Positions 33,000-43,694 of a stretch of 64,000 bases of DNA are shown here, piece after piece (position 1 is the stretch's first letter; every line of letters starts with the position of its first letter). The stretch is taken from NCBI GenBank assembly GCA_948444845.1, contig CAOJVB010000004.1, positions 6,083-70,082 on the forward strand. Direction: 5' to 3'. The translations under genes and the position numbers were made by a program. Source of the stretch: an uncultured Clostridiaceae bacterium. GTDB lineage: Bacteria; Bacillota; Clostridia; TANB77; CAG-508. Below the pieces are notes generated by a model. The model saw nothing but the letters and a program-made list of their open reading frames with translations, had not been told where the DNA came from and did no database searches.

Positions 33000-34949
33000 C
33001 TACACAGTATCATATAACTTTAATATGTTTTCTAAACCTTTTGAAAAATCTTGTAGCATTACTATTTTTATTGTAATTTCTTTTCCATCTATATAGTCAT
33101 CTATTACTTGTTTTAGCCTTCTCATATTTTTTATTTCTGGTTCTATCCCTTTTGTGTATTTTTTTGCTCTTTCTTCTAACATCTCTTTTATTGTTATTAT
33201 ATCTTCATTACTTGCACATGATATTCTTTGGAACATTTGAAATACATCATAATATTTGAATATCGGTACTTTCATACATTCTTTTGCAAATTTGTCATAA
33301 AATAATTCCATTTTCATTGGCATATATTTAAATAGTTCTTCTGCTTTTTCTATATACATCTTGTCTTTTAAAGCTTCATTTACATTTTCAAAGTATTTTA
33401 GCATTTCTTCCATTTCTTGATTTACATCTTTTACTGCTATTGTATCTAATTCTTCTTCTACATTTGAACAATATGTTGCATTTAATGATGACATATTTAA
33501 TCCATTTATAAATACACTTTTTATTGTTTTTATATCATAATCTATTAGATTCTTTTTTATAAAATAACTAAAATATGCAAATAGTTTTACTATTTCTATT
33601 GGCTTAATTCTTCCATTTTTTACATCTTCTATTATTTCGTCTATTATTTTACCAAATTGATCATCTGGAATCTTCCAATATTCTTCTGTAAGCAGTCTTT
33701 TATATCCTGGCAACTTGTCTGTATCTACTGTATTTATTATCACTTCCATATTTTCTTTAAATATTTTCATATTAAATATACGTGTACGTACATATATTTC
33801 TATGAACTTGAAGAAGCGATATTCTGCTTTAAAATTGTAGTAATAATTATTATCAAATTCTTTTATATAAAATTGCCTATTATCCATAAATACCCTTGAT
33901 GATACTAATATTGCTTTATATTCTTCATTACTAGCTATGTTTATGAATTTATCTTTTGTTACTTTTCCTGCTTTTATTTCAAATGATATTGCTATTGTGA
34001 ATATTAGCATTGTTTGCATTACTCTATTATTTGTATTTGGATATGATTTATTTACCATATCAAATATCTTTTTGAAGTCATTTAATGCATGTTTTAATAT
34101 TCTTAAGTTCCTTGTTCCACTTTTATTAAATGTTGATATTATTAAGTTTGTATTTTCTCTTAAAAATCTTATTAATTCTGGGTATTTTTCGTAACGCATT
34201 AATATTCCATTTATAATATAATTAAATTCTGGTGCATATTCGAATGTTTCTCCTATCAGCTTTTCTTTTATTCTTTCATAGTCATTTGCTTTATCAAATA
34301 CATATTCTATGGTATCTTGTATTCTTTCTACCATTGGTTTATCTGTTTTCTTTATTAGGCTTCCTTCTTTATCTAATAGATATGTTGCTATAAAGGTTTT
34401 CATTTCTAGATTACTATTTTTTAGTTTTGTAGATAGTTCTTTTTCATTACATATTATTATTGTTTTTATATGGTCATGTTCAACAAAGTTATTTATATAT
34501 CCTAATATGTCTATTACATCTACATTTGCTCTTTCTAAGTCATCAAAACATAGTACTTTATCATCTGTTGAGAAAAATTCTTTATAGTCTATTTTATCGC
34601 CATTTTGCGTAACTCCAAAGAAATTTGCCATGTCTAACCCTGTTTTTGCATATTCTGGTATATTTGCTTGGCTATTATTCTCCATATATTTTTTTAGATT
34701 TTTATCCATTAGTTGTGTCGTTTCTATAAATATTTTTTTGCTTATTTCTTCTAAGTTTGATATTCCATATAGTGACATATATATTGTTTTATATCTTTTA
34801 CCATTTAGCTCCATACTTTCTATTTTTCTTCTTATTTTATGATTCCAAAAGTATGTTTTTCCACTTCCCCATTCGCCATTTATCATTATTGCATAATCAG
34901 TATAGTCTGCTCTAATGTAATCTAATATGCTTTCTACTAGGTCTTCCAT
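33000..34949 (-). CDS. KAP-family P-loop NTPase (soluble form)
   Basis: NGEWGSGKTYFW Walker A; Walker B VLCFDDLERA about 110 aa later; long helical C-terminal region; 649 aa. Confidence 0.7.
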   Translation of the reverse strand: MEDLVESILDYIRADYTDYAIMINGEWGSGKTYFWNHKIRRKIESMELNGKRYKTIYMSLYGISNLEEISKKIFIETTQLMDKNLKKYMENNSQANIPEYAKTGLDMANFFGVTQNGDKIDYKEFFSTDDKVLCFDDLERANVDVIDILGYINNFVEHDHIKTIIICNEKELSTKLKNSNLEMKTFIATYLLDKEGSLIKKTDKPMVERIQDTIEYVFDKANDYERIKEKLIGETFEYAPEFNYIINGILMRYEKYPELIRFLRENTNLIISTFNKSGTRNLRILKHALNDFKKIFDMVNKSYPNTNNRVMQTMLIFTIAISFEIKAGKVTKDKFINIASNEEYKAILVSSRVFMDNRQFYIKEFDNNYYYNFKAEYRFFKFIEIYVRTRIFNMKIFKENMEVIINTVDTDKLPGYKRLLTEEYWKIPDDQFGKIIDEIIEDVKNGRIKPIEIVKLFAYFSYFIKKNLIDYDIKTIKSVFINGLNMSSLNATYCSNVEEELDTIAVKDVNQEMEEMLKYFENVNEALKDKMYIEKAEELFKYMPMKMELFYDKFAKECMKVPIFKYYDVFQMFQRISCASNEDIITIKEMLEERAKKYTKGIEPEIKNMRRLKQVIDDYIDGKEITIKIVMLQDFSKGLENILKLYDTV

Positions 34950-34970
34950 GTTTTTTCCTCCTTTTTTTTT

Positions 34971-35169
34971 AGAAGTTAGATGTCGGATGTCAGATTTCGG
35001 AATTAGGGTAATTCCTTCGAAGAGCGGACGACTACACTATCGCATAACTTAACTCTAACTCGCTATCGCTCGAAGAGTTAAGAAATAGTCGCCCCTACAA
35101 TTATTCTCTAATTTTCATCTTCTGTCTTCTTACATCTTACATCTGACTTCCGACTTCTGTCCTCTAATC
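34971..35169. repeat. composite element: family-D inverted arms flanking an expanded family-A unit
   Basis: agaagttagatgtcggatgtcagat ... ttccttcgaagagcggacg...gtcgcccctacaat ... atctgacttccgacttctgtcctct; fills the KAP-comFC spacer. Confidence 0.8.
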
Positions 35170-35836
35170 TAACATATCTTTTGCTATTGTTAGTACTAAT
35201 ATTTCTTTTGCACCGCACTCGCTTTAATAACTTTGAGCATTCTTCCGCTGTAGCTCCTGTTGTGTATATGTCATCTAATAATATTATTTTTTTATTTTCT
35301 ATTTTTTGTTTATTTTGTAGTTTATATACTTGTTTTACATTTTCTTCTCTTTGTTTCTTTGAAAGTGAACTTTGTGGTAATGTGTTTTTTTGTTTTATTA
35401 ATAAATCTGTTACAAGTTCTGTCTTTAGGTTTTTAGCTAGGTTTCTTACAATTAGTTCACTTTGGTTGTAGCCTCTTTCACTTTTTCTTTTTTTATGAAT
35501 TGGTACTGGTATGATTATATCATATTTTTTTATTTTTCTACATATTTTTTCGTTTTTTAATATAGTTTTTGTGAATAAGTCTGCTAAATATGCTTTATCG
35601 TTGAATTTGTAGTCTATTATCATGTTTCTTACTTTTCCTTCATATTTAAAAAGATATAAGTGTTCATTAAAACTTTTATTGTTGTAAACATCTATTTTTC
35701 CTTCTATTTTTAAGTTTTTATAACATTTGCTACATATTGTGTCTTGTTCTAGTTTTCCACATATTAGGCATTGTTTTGGGTATAAAATTTGTAATAAAAA
35801 AATAAGGGCTTTTTTTAAAGATTCCATGTTTAACAC
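35164..35836 (-). CDS. comFC: ComF family protein (ComFC, PRTase-type); needs +1 shift at in-frame CGG (35213-35215)
   Basis: N-terminal CLICGK...CSKCY zinc finger; DDIYTTGAT. 0 frame ...LLKRV R(CGG)CKRN...; +1 gives RV|GAKEILVLTIAKDMLD*. Confidence 0.85.
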
Positions 35837-35867
35837 ATCCTTTCTTTTTTGCCCCTATTTATATTTT

Positions 35868-36255
35868 TTATTTTTGTTCTTCATCTTTAGTTAGTAATTG
35901 TAGTGTTGGTTTAGAAACAATATCAGTACTACTTTCTCTTAGGTGTCTATCGAATTTATCACTCACTTCACCGAATTTTTTGTACACATGCACCTACTGC
36001 AAATTTGGCATCCTCTTGCTCCTTCATTAAGATATTTACATTGAAGTTTAACAATTTTATATCGGTTTTTATTTCTTTTATTTCTTCTTTCATTATTATT
36101 TGTTCTGTTGCTAATTTATCTACTTTGCTTTCTAATTTATCTACTTTGCTTTCTAACTTATCTATTTTCCCATTTATTCCATTTTCCATTATTTTTTGGT
36201 CTGCTTTTATATCTGTTACTACATCTAATATTTGTTTTAAAATTTTTTCTTCCAT
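35868..36255 (-). CDS. hypothetical coiled-coil protein, probably extended by +1 shift at its terminal CGG (35971-35973)
   Basis: KIDKLESKVDKLESKVDKL tandem heptads. The 0 frame ends ...QKI-R(CGG)-TGA. The +1 frame stays open 34 more codons (GEVSDKFDRHLRESSTDIVSKPTLQLLTKDEEQK*). Confidence 0.55.
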
Positions 36256-36378
36256 ATTATTGGCCTCCTTTCCTAAAAAATATTATTTATACTTTTCTCT
36301 TTTGCTTGTATAATTATAATAATATAGTTTAACTTATAAGTCAATATATATTTTTTTGAATTTGTGTTATTTTAGGAA

Positions 36379-36487
36379 CTTCTTCGAATGCTGCGACCCC
36401 TACAATAAATTTACTATATATCCATTTTTCATCGGGCACAGTGGTGTCATGTCCTACGATGTATTTTCGCAAACGGTTCCCCTACAT
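36379..36487 (+). repeat. two family-A-like units downstream of recD2
   Basis: cttcttcgaatgctgcgacccctacaat and atcgggcacag...cggttcccctacat. Confidence 0.6.
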
Positions 36488-36507
36488 AAAAAATTATTCA
36501 TTATTAA

Positions 36508-38821
36508 CTATAAGCTTTTTAGCTTATACTCCAGTCCTGTATTTCTTTTCTTAATATCGGCATTCTTAATCATAAATTCGATAACATTTACTCCACCTAT
36601 TACTATTAGCATCTTTTTAGCTCTGGTCATTCCTGTATATAAAAGGTTCCTTGTTAAAAGCATTGGTGAACTTTGTGGTAAAACCATTATTACTACATCA
36701 AACTCACTTCCGTTGTGATTTATGTACTGTTATACTATATGCATGTTCTATTTGTTCTAAGTCTTGGAACATGTAATCTGCTTGCTTCTCGTCATCAAAC
36801 TTTATTGTAACTGTTTTATCCTGTTCATTTATTTTTATTATGGTTCCTAATTCTCCATTAAATACACCCATACCACTTTCATATTTTGGTTCTAACTTTT
36901 CCCAGAATATGTCGTAATTATTTTTTATTTGCATTACTCTATCATTTTCTCTGTATATAGTATCTCCTACCTGCTTTTGATCCAAATATTCACTTTCTGG
37001 GTTTAAGTTCTTTTGTAAAATTTTATTTAGTTCCTTTGTCCCAAGCATACCCTTTTTAGTTGGTGTTATTACTTGTATATTTTTAAAGAAATCGTAATCT
37101 CCATAATTTTTAAGTCTTTCTTTACAAAGTGAAATTACATTATATAATATTCTTTCTTGACTTTGTTCTTTTATATAGAAAAAGTCCTCATTTAAATTTT
37201 TTAAGTTTTGCTCCTCTATTTGTTCTTTAGTTAAAAAACTTTCTCCTTCATTTACTCTATGTGCATTTAATATTATTTTACTTTTAGCAGCTTGTCTAAA
37301 AATTTTGTTTAATACTATTGTTGTTACTTGATTTGAAGATATTAAATCTTTTAGTATACTTCCTGGTCCTACTGATGGCAGCTGGTCTATATCGCCTACT
37401 AACACTAACTTTGTTCCTTGGTATAATGCTTTTACTAAGTAATTCATTAAAAATAAATCTACCATTGAAACTTCATCAACTATAACTATATCTGCATCTA
37501 ATGGCTCTACTTCATAATCTACACTTTTATAACTACCTTCTTCTTCCATTTTTCCTATTTCTAATAACCTATGCAGCGTTTTTGCCTCTTCACCTGTAGT
37601 TTCTGTCATTCTTTTTGCTGCTCTTCCCGTTGGTGCACAAAGTACTGGCTTCTTTCCTTGGTCTTTAAACATTTCAATTATTGTTTTTATTATAGTAGTT
37701 TTTCCTGTTCCAGGGCCACCTGTTATTATACATACATTATTATCATTAATAGCTTCAATTGCCTCTTTTTGTTTTTCTGAAAGTTCTATTTCTGAAGTCT
37801 TTTCTAATTTTTTTAGCTCTTGTTTTATATTCTTTATTTTCTTTATATTAGGTGAATTTTTTAGAATATTTATTCTGTTTGCAATATTTTCTTCTGCTTT
37901 ATAAAATGCGGTCAAATATACCCAATTTTTCTCATCTATTACTTTTCCATTTTCTACTTCTTTTATTATTTCTTCTATTTCTTTTATATTATTTTCACTT
38001 TTATTCGCTTTATTATCTTCTAGTCTAGTTTCTACTATTATTTCTTCTTTTACTTTTAATTCTATCAAATTTTCTTGTATCTCTTCTTCTGTTACCGACA
38101 AAAGCTCTTCACAAAAAGCTATTAAATTTTCTTCTAATACAGCACAATGCCCATTTAAAGTAGAACACATTAAGGCATATTTAATTCCAGTTTTTATTCT
38201 TTTATCATTATTATATGGAAGACCTATGTCTATTGCCATTTTATCTATTTTTTTAAAGTCTACATTATTGGCTACATCTATTAATATATAGGGGTTCATT
38301 TCTATTTCTTGTATTGCATTTGCCCCTAATTTTTTATATACATTTTTGGCATTTTGAACACCTATTCCAAATTTTTCTAAGTATCCTACTATTTGCCATA
38401 CTTCCCAGTTTTCTATAAATGATTCTGAAATCGCTAATGCTTTTTGATTATTTATGCCTTTTATTTGTGACAATTTTTCTGGTTCATATTTTAAAATATG
38501 TATGGTTTCATCTTTAAATGTATCTACTATTTTTTTAGCTGTTGCAGGTCCTACACCTTTTATAGTTCCATTTGATAAATATCTTTCTAAAGAACCTAAA
38601 GTTTGAGGCATTAATTTTTCAAAAGTATCTACTTTAAATTGTTCCCCATAATCTTGGTGTGTTACTATTTTCCCCACAAGTTTTAGAGTATCTCCTACAT
38701 TTATAAATGGAAGATACCCTACAATTATTATTTCTTCTTTTTCAGTTTCAAATTCTGCTACTGTATAGCTATTTATCTCATTTTGATAAATTATATCTTT
38801 TACTTCTCCTGTTATTTCCAA
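36508..38821 (-). CDS. recD2: RecD2-type ATP-dependent DNA helicase; needs +1 shift at in-frame CGG (36710-36712)
   Basis: GGPGTGKTT, DEVSMVD. 0 frame ...VHKSQ R(CGG)K*; +1 gives HKSQ|GSEFDVVIMVLPQSSPMLLTRNLLYTGMTRAKK... (helicase motifs V/VI). Confidence 0.92.
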
Positions 38822-38960
38822 AAAACGTCCTCTTTTCTTATTTTTATTTTGTACTAATTCCTTTTCTATAATAATATCAAAAATTAAATATAATTACAAT
38901 ATCTTCTGGTTTTATATTAGGGTTATTTAATAAAATATCTTTATATGTAAATTCCGATAA

Positions 38961-39000
38961 CTGACATTATACCCCAAAAGGAAACGTCCCCAATTGGAAC
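38961..39000. repeat. family-B solo arm abutting the stop codon of the 39001 gene
   Basis: ctgacattataccccaaaaggaaacgtccccaattggaac. Confidence 0.8.
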
Positions 39001-39354
39001 CTATACATTCTTTATACTATCTATAACCTCCTTACACTCCCTCCAATTAGTAACCTTTAACCCCTCATAATCATTTGCTAATTTATTCAGTATTTCTACT
39101 GTCTCATCCGTGGAATCTAAGTCTGCTATTATTACGTCTTTAATACTTTCTTCTTTTCCATATATTATTCTAAATAAAAAGTTCCTTAAAAAGCCTTCTA
39201 TTTTATTTTCTTGGTTCTTTACAGCAATTATCACATATATACCGTCTGATTTTAAATTTGTATATGTATATATAGTTATTATTGTTTTTATAATTTCAAA
39301 AGCTCCATATAACGCAAGTGTCCATAATATAGCGTTTAATAAAAATTCGCCCAT
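39001..39354 (-). CDS. hypothetical membrane-anchored protein
   Basis: 117-aa ORF with N-terminal TM and ggaggcgaaag RBS. Confidence 0.5.
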   Translation of the reverse strand: MGEFLLNAILWTLALYGAFEIIKTIITIYTYTNLKSDGIYVIIAVKNQENKIEGFLRNFLFRIIYGKEESIKDVIIADLDSTDETVEILNKLANDYEGLKVTNWRECKEVIDSIKNV

Positions 39355-39449
39355 TAAAACTTTCGCCTCCTATTACATTATATTTTATATCTTTCCTTTT
39401 GGTTACTTTTTATATTTTTAGGCATAATTAATAAACGAAAAAGTATAAA

Positions 39450-39694
39450 TTAATAACTTCTTTTCCTATGTATTACTGTTACTATTTCAATTATTTTTTC
39501 TCTTCCTTGGATTTTGTAAAAGATTAAAAAATTTCTATAGATTAAAAATCTTTTTTTATTCTTTTTATGAATACTACCTATATATGGTAAACATTGTAAC
39601 ATGGAAATTTTAATACAAATATTAATAGAAAAACGCTTAGCTGCTTGTGGTGTAATACTTCTTCCATACTATATAATCTATTTTCCTTTTTCAT
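39450..39694 (-). pseudogene. decayed RelE/ParE-family toxin remnant
   Basis: open frame ...TPQAAKRFSINICIKISMLQCLPYIGS...FLIYRNFLIFYKIQGREKIIEIVTVIHRKRSY* has the ParE C-terminal pattern. The ATG (39692-39694) is in another frame and no CGG is present, so this is genuine decay. Confidence 0.35.
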
Positions 39695-39981
39695 TATTAT
39701 TATATCTTCATCATGATTTTATGTCAATACACTTTTCTACTTTTTTACAAATAAATTTTCGACATTTTTCTATATAATAATTTTACCAGAGGCTGTCATA
39801 AAATTAGTCCTCTAAAAGAAGACTGTAGTAATTTAACATAGAGTATATTTTACCATATAGTGGTTCAATATACTCTATTTTTATATTTGTTTTTATAAAA
39901 GTAATAGTTAATTTTTTTAATATTAGTTTTAAGAACATCAATTCCCTTGTATCTACATATTATTAGAAAATAAAAAATTTG

Positions 39982-40027
39982 CCAAAAAGGGACATATACC
40001 CCAAAAGGAAACATTCCCAATTGGAAT
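39982..40027. repeat. family-B solo arm (diverged) just downstream of the yvcK-like stop
   Basis: ccaaaaagggacatataccccaaaaggaaacattcccaattggaat. Confidence 0.7.
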
Positions 40028-40034
40028 AAAAACG

Positions 40035-40994
40035 TTATCCTATTATATATGTAAAAATATCTGTAGCCAGTCTTATTGAATTATGCCTTATCAATTCATC
40101 TTCTACTATTACATAGTTGTTTTTTATTATTTTTACACCCATTTTTCTAATTTCGCATTTTTGCTTTTCTGTTAAATTTATTTGGTCCTTTTGCTCTAAA
40201 CTTGAATATTTTTCTATTATATCTTTATCTATTTTTCCATTGTTTACTACTACTGCATTTATTTTTTTGTTTCCTAAATGTTTATTTAATACTTGTATGT
40301 GGTCTGATATTGTATATCCTTCTGTTTCTCCTGGTTGTGTCATCATATTACATGTATACATTAGTTTTGCTTTTGATTCATCTATTGCTTTTATTACTTC
40401 TTTACTTATTAGGTTTGGTATTATACTTGTATATAAGCTTCCCATACTAAATATTATTAAGTCTGCTTCTTTTAGCTCATCTATGACTCTTTGACATATT
40501 ACTGGCTTTTCTTTATAGAATACTTCTTCTATTTTCTTCTCTGCTTCTGTTATATTGTGTTCTCCTTCTATTATAGTGCCATCTTCCATTTTTCCCATTA
40601 GTGTTACATTGTCTTCTGTTAGTGGTAATACTTTTCCTTTTAAGTTTAATACCTTTCCTACTGCTTCTATTCCATCTGACATATTGCCTGTTATATTAGT
40701 TATTGCTGTTAATAGTAGGTTCCCTACTGTATGTCCATTTAATTCACTATTTGTTTCAAACCTATAGTTTAATACTTTTTCTACTAATGGTTCTATTTCT
40801 GCAAGTGATACTAATACTCTTCTTACATCTCCAACTGCTGGAATGTTGAATTCTTTTCTTAGCCTTCCTGTACTTTTTCCATCATCTGAAACTGATACTA
40901 CTGCTGTTATATTTAGTGGAAAATTTTTAAGTCCTCTTAGTAATGTTGAAAGACCTGTTCCTCCACCTAATATAACTACTTTTTTGTTTTCCAT
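40035..40994 (-). CDS. yvcK: YvcK/CofD-like gluconeogenesis-morphogenesis factor (UPF0052), short paralog
   Basis: VVILGGGTGLSTLLRGLK...VVSVSDDGKSTGRLR...MMTQPGETEGYT. Confidence 0.85.
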   Translation of the reverse strand: MENKKVVILGGGTGLSTLLRGLKNFPLNITAVVSVSDDGKSTGRLRKEFNIPAVGDVRRVLVSLAEIEPLVEKVLNYRFETNSELNGHTVGNLLLTAITNITGNMSDGIEAVGKVLNLKGKVLPLTEDNVTLMGKMEDGTIIEGEHNITEAEKKIEEVFYKEKPVICQRVIDELKEADLIIFSMGSLYTSIIPNLISKEVIKAIDESKAKLMYTCNMMTQPGETEGYTISDHIQVLNKHLGNKKINAVVVNNGKIDKDIIEKYSSLEQKDQINLTEKQKCEIRKMGVKIIKNNYVIVEDELIRHNSIRLATDIFTYIIG

Positions 40995-41059
40995 ACCTAT
41001 ACCTTCTTTTTTATGTATTTTATATAATTATATTATATGATATGATACATTTTATGTTT

Positions 41060-42853
41060 CTACCATATAAATTGTGTGTTTGTTCTATATAGATTATAAC
41101 GCTCTCTTGCAAGTACAGTTAAATATTTAGCTTTTAATATTTTTATATCCATATCTATTTGCTTATAGCTATCTGTATTTTTATCATATTGTTTTAATTT
41201 ACCTTTTATTATATCGTCTGTTTCATAATTTACAGATGCATTTACTATACAGTTATAGCATTTTTGATAAGGCTTTGGATAATAATGTATTTCTCTATTT
41301 TCTGGCATCTCTACTGTTCCATTATCTTTTTTTATTATATAGTCTCCTACTATTGTTTGCCTTTCAAAGTCTATTATATTGTAGCCTGCTGCTTTACATT
41401 TTTCCTCTTTTGTTGTTCCTGATCCTCCTATTATACTATTTTGATTATTTACTAATTCTTTACAACCTGGTAGATGCGCTACTATATTTCCATTTTCATT
41501 TGTTAAAATATATATTGACTCATTTGTTACTACTTCTTCGTTTTTATTATTTGTTATTATACAGTAGTTATTAAAGAATTTTGCTTTTATTGGCATTCCT
41601 TGCATAAATACTGCTATTGATATATTGTTTAGCAGTTTTTCCCAATCACTTTCTGTAAAAATTGGCATTTGGAATTCATATGTTCCTGCAGAACCTGCAT
41701 TGTAGTTTGCAATTGCTGATATTAGGTTTGTTTCTATTGATTTTCTTATTACACTCATTCTATGCTCATTAAAGGTTGAGCCTTCTGCTAAAGGGTCATT
41801 ATTCTGAAAGTTGAATATTTTCTTATCCCCTATATCTATAGCAAAGTCTGTTATTTTATTTCCATTTGAGTCCATAGCAGCAGATTGCTTAATATCTCCT
41901 ATATTTTCTTCCACCCATTTACTAAATTCTTTTGCTTGCACATAATATTCTACTGCACTATTATTATATAAATGTCCATCTACAGTCATAGTTTGTACAT
42001 ATCTTAATTCTGTTATGTCTGAGTCTTTTAACAATTTTCCTTCATCTGATACTTCTTCTTTTTTGTTATTTTTATAATAGAAATATTTATTTTCTCCATT
42101 TTCTTTATATATTTTTTGATTTTTATATTTTGTATATTCATATGTTTGTTTACTAGCTTCTCCTGCATCATTAACTGTTATTAATTGCTCTGTTAAAATT
42201 TCTTTTTCAATATATATATCACCATATTTTATTTTTGTTGGATAGTTTATTGTTGTATCTCCTCTTCTATATGTAAGCCATTCTTCTTCTTGACCTAATA
42301 ATCTATAATCTATTAGGTAACCTGATCTTGTAATATATCCTTCTGAGTCGTTCACTTTTCCATATATTGTTATACTATTATCTAATGTGTAGTTTACTAT
42401 AAAATCCTTTAGGCCTTCTTTATATCTGCATGAATAATATATATATGGTTTTAAGCCATATTGATATGCTCCATTTGTTCCAAGCATATAATTAAAATAT
42501 TTTCCATATATATAATAACCATCATACATTGTATATACTATTGCTGGAATATATTCTTTTAAAGTGTCTTTATCATAACCACTTGCCCCCATTGCTGTTG
42601 CTAATGAACTATAAAATGCATTTATTGATGCTTCTATATCTCTTATTTTTGAGTCACTTATGCTTGAATATTTATTGTTTATAGTATTTAACTGAAATGC
42701 CTTCATTGCATCATATGTTGCATCTTGGAGCTTTTTGCTATACCCAGTTTGAATATATATTGTATCTATTTGTGCTTGTATATATTCACCAATTACTAAT
42801 GATATTGGCAAAATAATTATAATAAATATTATTGCTAAATGTTGTAGTTTCAT
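41060..42853 (-). CDS. large hypothetical protein with a pilin-like N-terminal TM helix, last gene of the Tad-like locus
   Basis: 597-aa ORF MKLQHLAIIFIIIILPISLVIGEY...; position suggests a minor pilin or tip protein. Confidence 0.5.
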   Translation of the reverse strand: MKLQHLAIIFIIIILPISLVIGEYIQAQIDTIYIQTGYSKKLQDATYDAMKAFQLNTINNKYSSISDSKIRDIEASINAFYSSLATAMGASGYDKDTLKEYIPAIVYTMYDGYYIYGKYFNYMLGTNGAYQYGLKPYIYYSCRYKEGLKDFIVNYTLDNSITIYGKVNDSEGYITRSGYLIDYRLLGQEEEWLTYRRGDTTINYPTKIKYGDIYIEKEILTEQLITVNDAGEASKQTYEYTKYKNQKIYKENGENKYFYYKNNKKEEVSDEGKLLKDSDITELRYVQTMTVDGHLYNNSAVEYYVQAKEFSKWVEENIGDIKQSAAMDSNGNKITDFAIDIGDKKIFNFQNNDPLAEGSTFNEHRMSVIRKSIETNLISAIANYNAGSAGTYEFQMPIFTESDWEKLLNNISIAVFMQGMPIKAKFFNNYCIITNNKNEEVVTNESIYILTNENGNIVAHLPGCKELVNNQNSIIGGSGTTKEEKCKAAGYNIIDFERQTIVGDYIIKKDNGTVEMPENREIHYYPKPYQKCYNCIVNASVNYETDDIIKGKLKQYDKNTDSYKQIDMDIKILKAKYLTVLARERYNLYRTNTQFIW

Positions 42854-42875
42854 TTTTGCTTTCCTTTCTTTAATT

Positions 42876-42929
42876 TGTAGTGGCTTCGCTCTGTTTGACG
42901 AGCACTGTTCGCCCTACAATTTTAACTTG
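42876..42929 (+). repeat. family-A long-form copy
   Basis: tgtagtggcttcgctctgtttgacgagcactgttcgccctacaattttaactt. Confidence 0.8.
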
Positions 42930-43080
42930 TAAGGCAATCGATTAAAAATCTTTTTGCTAAAAAAAATCAATGTTTCAGATTTTTATTCAAAAATAAGAAT
43001 TGAGTGTTCTCAATAGGTAGAGTTTTTTTAGCTATTGCCTTATTTAACTTCAAATGGAGTACTTTTGTAATATAAAATAA

Positions 43081-43140
43081 AAGTTAGATTTTAGAAATTA
43101 GAAAACTTAAATTTCCAACCTCTAATATCTAACTTCTAAT
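43081..43140. repeat. family-D-like tract (agttagat/ttctaac words)
   Basis: aagttagattttagaaattagaaaac...ttccaacctctaatatctaacttctaat. Confidence 0.5.
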
Positions 43141-43149
43141 ATTTCTTAA

Positions 43150-43680
43150 TTATTTATTTTTACTTCCATTTACACTAACTATTCCAGCATTTTGTGCAGC
43201 TATTTGATATGTATCATTTCCTGCTATTTGATAGAAAAAGTTTTTTAGTATTTGTGATATTGTTCTATTTGTATTTTTTACTGTTGCACTAACCATATCG
43301 CCTTCTTTTAATGTTATTCTACCATCATTTTCTAGCTTTTCTAATACTTGACTTGTGTATAAGTTATAGTATAAGTTTTCACCTATTTTTGTCATTTCTG
43401 CTTGTGTAGTTTTAACTCCAGGATTTTCATCTAATATTTTAATTTCTATATCTACATCAAAGGAATTTCCTGTTGAGGCTATAGTTTGTATGTATTTTTC
43501 ATAGTCATCTAGTGTTAGTTTTCCTGTTGACCTTACACTGTCTACAAAGTCTGTTGTTGCTGTTTGTACTGCGAGTTGTGCTACATCATCTGTTCTTTCT
43601 GACATTGCCATTAATGGAAAAATAAACATTAATACTGCTGCTAAAAATATTGCTACAATTGTTATTAAACTATCTCCCAT
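43150..43680 (-). CDS. pilin-like / TadE-like hypothetical protein
   Basis: 176-aa MGDSLITIVAIFLAAVLMFIFPLMAM... with an N-terminal hydrophobic helix. Confidence 0.5.
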   Translation of the reverse strand: MGDSLITIVAIFLAAVLMFIFPLMAMSERTDDVAQLAVQTATTDFVDSVRSTGKLTLDDYEKYIQTIASTGNSFDVDIEIKILDENPGVKTTQAEMTKIGENLYYNLYTSQVLEKLENDGRITLKEGDMVSATVKNTNRTISQILKNFFYQIAGNDTYQIAAQNAGIVSVNGSKNK

Positions 43681-43694
43681 TTTTTCCTCCTTTA

